Source: Crocinitomicaceae bacterium (GTDB taxonomy: Bacteria > Bacteroidota > Bacteroidia > Flavobacteriales_D > Crocinitomicaceae). From it: a stretch of DNA of 64,000 nt. The stretch lies in the NCBI GenBank assembly GCA_028689775.1, contig JAQVCM010000011.1, positions 87,077 through 151,076 on the forward strand, given 5' to 3'. Made by a program: the position numbers and the translations under genes. Shown one piece after another: positions 61,399 to 64,000 of this stretch (the stretch's first letter is position 1; each line of letters starts with the position of its first letter). The notes under the pieces were generated by a model. It searched no databases. It saw only the letters and a list, made by a program, of their open reading frames with translations, and had not been told where the DNA came from.

Positions 61399-64000
61399 TA
61401 TTTACTTATGATAAACCAAGTGATTAAATCGAAATTGTCTTTATTGAATTTCTGCGAAGCAGATCCTTCATTTTTTAATTTTTGAATGGTGGTTTTACTT
61501 CCTGATTTCAGTTTGTTCAACATATCGAGTGAAGCTTTTCCCATTTTTTGTTTTACTGTGCCATCTTCCTGCACTTCTTCTTCCGTTGCCTGACTTTTTA
61601 ACCAAGTGCTTAATGCAGCCGATAAATGTTCGATAGATTTTGGTTCGCCTTGGTCAATGGCTTTTGGCACAAAACGAACTTCTTCTTTGTGTTTTGCCAA
61701 AGCGTCCAATACTTCTTTTTGGTTTAAGAATACCGATTTGCCCGAATGGTCAATGTAAATGAGTTCGTAACCCTTGTATTCAAAATTATTGGCTTTGGCA
61801 GGTTTGCTTGGATAGCCCAACAAGGCAATCATTCCTTCTTGTGGGCAAACTTCCTGAATGGCTTTAAACCCTGTGTAAATGCCGTTTGGAAGCGATTTAT
61901 AAAACTGCTCGTTCTTTCGCAGTTCTTCTAGCAATTCCTGACGGAAGGTTTCTAAAGACAAGTCATCAAAGCCTAATGATTTTTCGGTGTCAATTTCATC
62001 CCAAGAAGATTGCATTTGCTCCAACATCCTTGCTTTTTGTTTCTGCTCCAGATTTTCATCTTCTGCCATTTCTTTGAATGTGTCGGAGAAATCTAAATGA
62101 ACTTCCGAACCTGCCAATTTCATTGCAGCCATTCTTTGTTCAATTCTGCCTTGTAAATTCAAATAAGAATTGATGTTGTTGGATGGCCAGAAATTAATGC
62201 CAAATATTTTTGTGTTTGGCGAACCCAAACGGTCAATACGACCCATTCGTTGAATAACACGAACAGGATTCCAGTGAATATCATAGTTAATTACCAAATC
62301 ACAATCTTGCAAGTTTTGTCCCTCACTCAAAGCATCCGTTGCTATCAGAATATCAATCGGGCTTTGCAGTTTTTCATAAGTCCGTTTGTCGTTCTCTGCA
62401 ATCCAATGTTGCCATTCGTCAAACTGTTGGTTTAAAGAAAGTTCTTTGCTTGATGGTTCAAATTGCCATTCCTTTTCTCTGTATAATTTGGTGAAAGGAG
62501 CAAAGCGTTCCAAAATAGGTTCATACTTTTTGGTTTCTCCTTCTTCATTCCAAACGGTCGAAGTATCGCCACTTACAGCAGCCACTTTATCAAAACCTCT
62601 TGATTTCAGTTGGTCAAAGAGATAAAAAGCGGTGTCTTTGTAAACGGTAAAGATTAAAACTTTTGGATTACCATTATTATCACCTGACTGTCTTTTCTTT
62701 ATAATTCGGTTTATCAGTGTTTCCAGTTTATCATCTTCGCTGCTGTGGTTGCGTGGCTTCTTAATCTCTTTCGCAATTTTCCTTTCAAACTGAATTAAGT
62801 TCGATTGCAATAATTGCAATGCTTCAATATCTGCTTTTAAATCCTTCTTGTAGTTCTCAATATTGCCCGAACGGTCAATGTCCACCAATCGGGTTTTACG
62901 TTTCTTGCCTAAGGTGAAATCTTCTATTTGAGCTAAAATATCATCATCATCAAAGAGGGAAGGTTGGGCTTCATTCCAACCTGTTTCCTTCTTAGTTTCC
63001 TGATATTGCTTTATTCTATCGAGTGCATTTTGATGATGAGCTAAAATTTTTTCTGTGGTTGATTGAAAAGAAAACCAAGAAGATTCCAGTCGTTTCACCA
63101 ACAAGATATACATCATCTTCACCAAGAAATGGTCACGCTGTTTTTCATCGTGTAAAATGTCGGCATCTTCAAATTCGTCAATGTAAAATGAAGGTTGATA
63201 ACCCGAAAGCATTGGCGGAAAATGGTCGAAGAGTTCTTCAAAGCTTTCAAAGTTTCCGATTTGTTTGGGTGTGACGAAAATGTTTTCGGGCTTTGATTTT
63301 TTCGGAAACTCCAAACCGTCCTGATGTCCTTCAATCATTTTGCGGGTTCGTGCAACTGTTAAAGAATCAGTCAGTTTGAAAAAATTAGGCGGTAACTTCT
63401 TAATGAATTCACCAATTTTTGGGTCAGGTTCTTGTGTCCATTCGTTGAATGCCTTTTGTGCTGCTCTAAATGTGTAATCAATGTTTTTAATGTCTAATGA
63501 TTCTTCAAAACCTTTTGCATTGCCGCTAACAATTAGTTTGAATTGATTCCGAATATCCATGAACGAATTATTGATTGGCGTTGCGGAAAGCATCAATACT
63601 TTCACATCTTCGTTTTGTGAAAGAATCTGGTCAACCAAAAATTTGTAGCGTTTGGATTTATCGTTTCGCAAATTGTGGCTTTCGTCAATCACAAACAATT
63701 TGGGCTTTTCATTCAAAAACATTTTGTCTGCTCGGTCGTGGTATTTCTCCATCAAATCGTCTGTAAGGTCAGTATGAAATCTCAAGAAATATTCAAACTG
63801 GTCTTTCTCAAATTTAGAGTTTTGATTCTTCTGGTAAATTCGCCAGTTGTATTGCAGTTTCTTTGGGCAAATTAAAATCACTTCACGTCCTTGTAACTGA
63901 TAGAATTTCATTACTGCCAAAGCAGTCCAAGTTTTACCCAAACCCACTGCATCGGCTAAAATTGCTCCGTTATGTTTTTGAAGCATTTTAATCAAACTCA
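61398..64000 (-). CDS. SNF2-family helicase; the N-terminus runs off the window end
   Basis: Motif I (LADAVGLGKTWT), motif II (DESHNLRN), motif III (LSATP), motif VI (QRMGRIDRLGS). Its stop overlaps the MTase start (TAATG). Confidence 0.8.
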   Translation of the reverse strand, partial: SLIKMLQKHNGAILADAVGLGKTWTALAVMKFYQLQGREVILICPKKLQYNWRIYQKNQNSKFEKDQFEYFLRFHTDLTDDLMEKYHDRADKMFLNEKPKLFVIDESHNLRNDKSKRYKFLVDQILSQNEDVKVLMLSATPINNSFMDIRNQFKLIVSGNAKGFEESLDIKNIDYTFRAAQKAFNEWTQEPDPKIGEFIKKLPPNFFKLTDSLTVARTRKMIEGHQDGLEFPKKSKPENIFVTPKQIGNFESFEELFDHFPPMLSGYQPSFYIDEFEDADILHDEKQRDHFLVKMMYILLVKRLESSWFSFQSTTEKILAHHQNALDRIKQYQETKKETGWNEAQPSLFDDDDILAQIEDFTLGKKRKTRLVDIDRSGNIENYKKDLKADIEALQLLQSNLIQFERKIAKEIKKPRNHSSEDDKLETLINRIIKKRQSGDNNGNPKVLIFTVYKDTAFYLFDQLKSRGFDKVAAVSGDTSTVWNEEGETKKYEPILERFAPFTKLYREKEWQFEPSSKELSLNQQFDEWQHWIAENDKRTYEKLQSPIDILIATDALSEGQNLQDCDLVINYDIHWNPVRVIQRMGRIDRLGSPNTKIFGINFWPSNNINSYLNLQGRIEQRMAAMKLAGSEVHLDFSDTFKEMAEDENLEQKQKARMLEQMQSSWDEIDTEKSLGFDDLSLETFRQELLEELRKNEQFYKSLPNGIYTGFKAIQEVCPQEGMIALLGYPSKPAKANNFEYKGYELIYIDHSGKSVFLNQKEVLDALAKHKEEVRFVPKAIDQGEPKSIEHLSAALSTWLKSQATEEEVQEDGTVKQKMGKASLDMLNKLKSGSKTTIQKLKNEGSASQKFNKDNFDLITWFIISK

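Overview
This is a low-GC (roughly 33%) window that looks like a Bacteroidetes/Flavobacteriia chromosome, judged from T9SS sorting domains, gliding-type C-terminal domains and many small secreted/lipoproteins. Gene density is high and most genes sit on the + strand until about 38.8 kb. Recognisable housekeeping genes include a compact class I ribonucleotide reductase operon (nrdB-nrdA), glyA, ppiB, htpG, a DjlA-like co-chaperone, an RlpA-like protein, an NfeD-flotillin pair and an SDR oxidoreductase. Accessory content includes a tandem triplication of TonB-C-domain proteins, an arsM-ada methylation cluster, a long run of small hypothetical secreted/membrane proteins, a decayed two-component system, paralogous LamG/T9SS-CTD proteins and a frameshifted S8 peptidase. 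The last ~14 kb (50.3-64.0 kb) reads as a mosaic genomic island. It holds an IS66 transposase remnant with elevated GC and a palindromic breakpoint, an ars operon (arsR-DUF6428-arsC-OsmC-acr3), a tyrosine-recombinase N-terminal remnant and a GNAT gene. It ends with a minus-strand three-gene module that runs off the window edge: a 5'-truncated SNF2-family helicase, a 1345-aa MmeI/PglX-family N6-adenine methyltransferase (overlapping the helicase by one base) and a 576-aa ABC/OLD-like ATPase. That module looks like a phage-defence system related to BREX/DISARM, but its composition matches neither canonical form. It is the best candidate for an undescribed system, and it may continue beyond position 64000. 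No rRNA, tRNA or CRISPR arrays were found.
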